A stretch of DNA of 64,000 bases from Tubulanus polymorphus (Eukaryota; Animalia; Nemertea), in the NCBI RefSeq assembly GCF_964204645.1, contig NC_134035.1, forward strand, positions 6,138,001 to 6,202,000, read 5' to 3'. The notes under the pieces were generated by a model, which did no database searches, was not told where the DNA came from, and worked only from the letters and a program-made list of their open reading frames with translations. Shown piece after piece: positions 62,877-64,000 of this stretch. The position numbers were made by a program, and so were the translations under genes. How positions within the stretch are numbered: the stretch's first letter is position 1; the number at the start of each line of letters is the position of its first letter.

Positions 62877-64000
62877 GTTAGTTTACTCTGCCTGTCAAAT
62901 CAGACCAGTGACACAGTGTCACTTTGTTGACTGACGACAGTCACTTTTTTACAATCCAGCCTTATAAAGAGTAAAGTGTATTTTGTTTAACTTCCGTTAC
63001 GTGTTTTGGATCTTGATTTCTCAGGACTATTAAATCATTCATTTGACCTTGCATTATTAACAAGACCACGTCCACGTACGACGGCCTTATTACCGCACTG
63101 ATCGCACTTGTGCTTATCACTCGGCACTGATTAAAGAGTGAATTTACAACCTGCTCTCCACACAGAGAGAGAGAGAGAGCTACTGTTACTCTTAAGTGAG
63201 GTGCAGTTTTATTTGCTGCTCAAAACTATGGCCATCTGAAATAAGATCCAAACATTTACCGTACTGACTAAAAATCAACTCAAGCTTATACATTAAGAGT
63301 ACGCCGAAATTAAAATAAAGGCATAATTGAAAATAACAATATACAAATACACTACACAGGGTAAATGACTGACAAAATTGATATTTACATGAATAGGAAA
63401 CGCAATCCCTGGGAAACAATTCATTCCGGCCCATTTATTCAACTTTTAAAAGGCAAAATAATCTAATGAAAAAAAGAAACTTTGAAAAATTTATACAAGG
63501 TAAATGACTGACAAAATTGATATTTACATGAATAGGAAACGCAATTTATTCAACTTTTTTCGAACTGTAATGTACATTAAAATCAAGGCAAAGTAATCGA
63601 TCTTATTTTAGAATAATTATACATTGATACAAATATAAGATTTTATACAAAATAAACAAATGAAAAATTAACTAGAAAATTAAATTTATATATACTAGTT
63701 GATACAAATATCCATGAAAATTGATATGACAATAAGAATGTATGTGTCAAGTTATTTTTTTTTTATTGTAATTGATCTCGTCGCTCTTGAACGCTTTAAT
63801 TGCCCTGGTTTATTCGCTACTTTTGCGGTTTTCGGGATATTCAATTTTCTGTCACTGGACTTGATAACTTTTTCGATCGATTTTGTTTTTGATTTTGCAC
63901 TGAAAAATGTATTCATGATCGCATCCTTTTCTTCCTTCGATTTTTTTACACCATACTACGTGCGAAACGACGTGTTTGCTCAAACGAGGCGAAACTTGGT

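Noticed and set aside
63355-63560. ~55-bp direct duplication
   Set aside because: Simple local tandem duplication with no TIR, TSD or structural signal.

Overview
AT-rich genomic DNA from an intron-rich invertebrate animal (spiralian-like; taxon not determinable from sequence alone). Reading splice sites by hand gives a complete 13-exon SAMM50 gene (+, 14729-42095, 460 aa). Its 10.9-kb intron 2 holds three antisense genes with intronless CDS: UGT, COX17 and a second UGT. Further right are a 5-exon RNF141 (+), a 4-exon p24-gamma TMED gene (-) and, head-to-head with it, the first exon(s) of a probable RIM/Piccolo/Slp-type Rab-effector gene. An orphan TATA/Inr/multi-CRE promoter with a first exon (-, about 9.5-10.3 kb) points toward the left edge. 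The rest is rich in mobile DNA: a disabled CR1/L2-type LINE and two piggyBac-type MITEs inside one TTAA-containing minisatellite, a TACGG-ended 6-bp-TSD (IS3EU-like) element nested in a Tigger-like MITE, two Helentron-associated (HINE) elements, TAG-ended 9-10-bp-TSD MITEs (one forming a 254-bp palindrome upstream of SAMM50), and degenerate Penelope-type hammerhead ribozyme motifs. No CRISPR array, rRNA or bona fide tRNA was found. All family assignments come from recalled motifs, not database searches.
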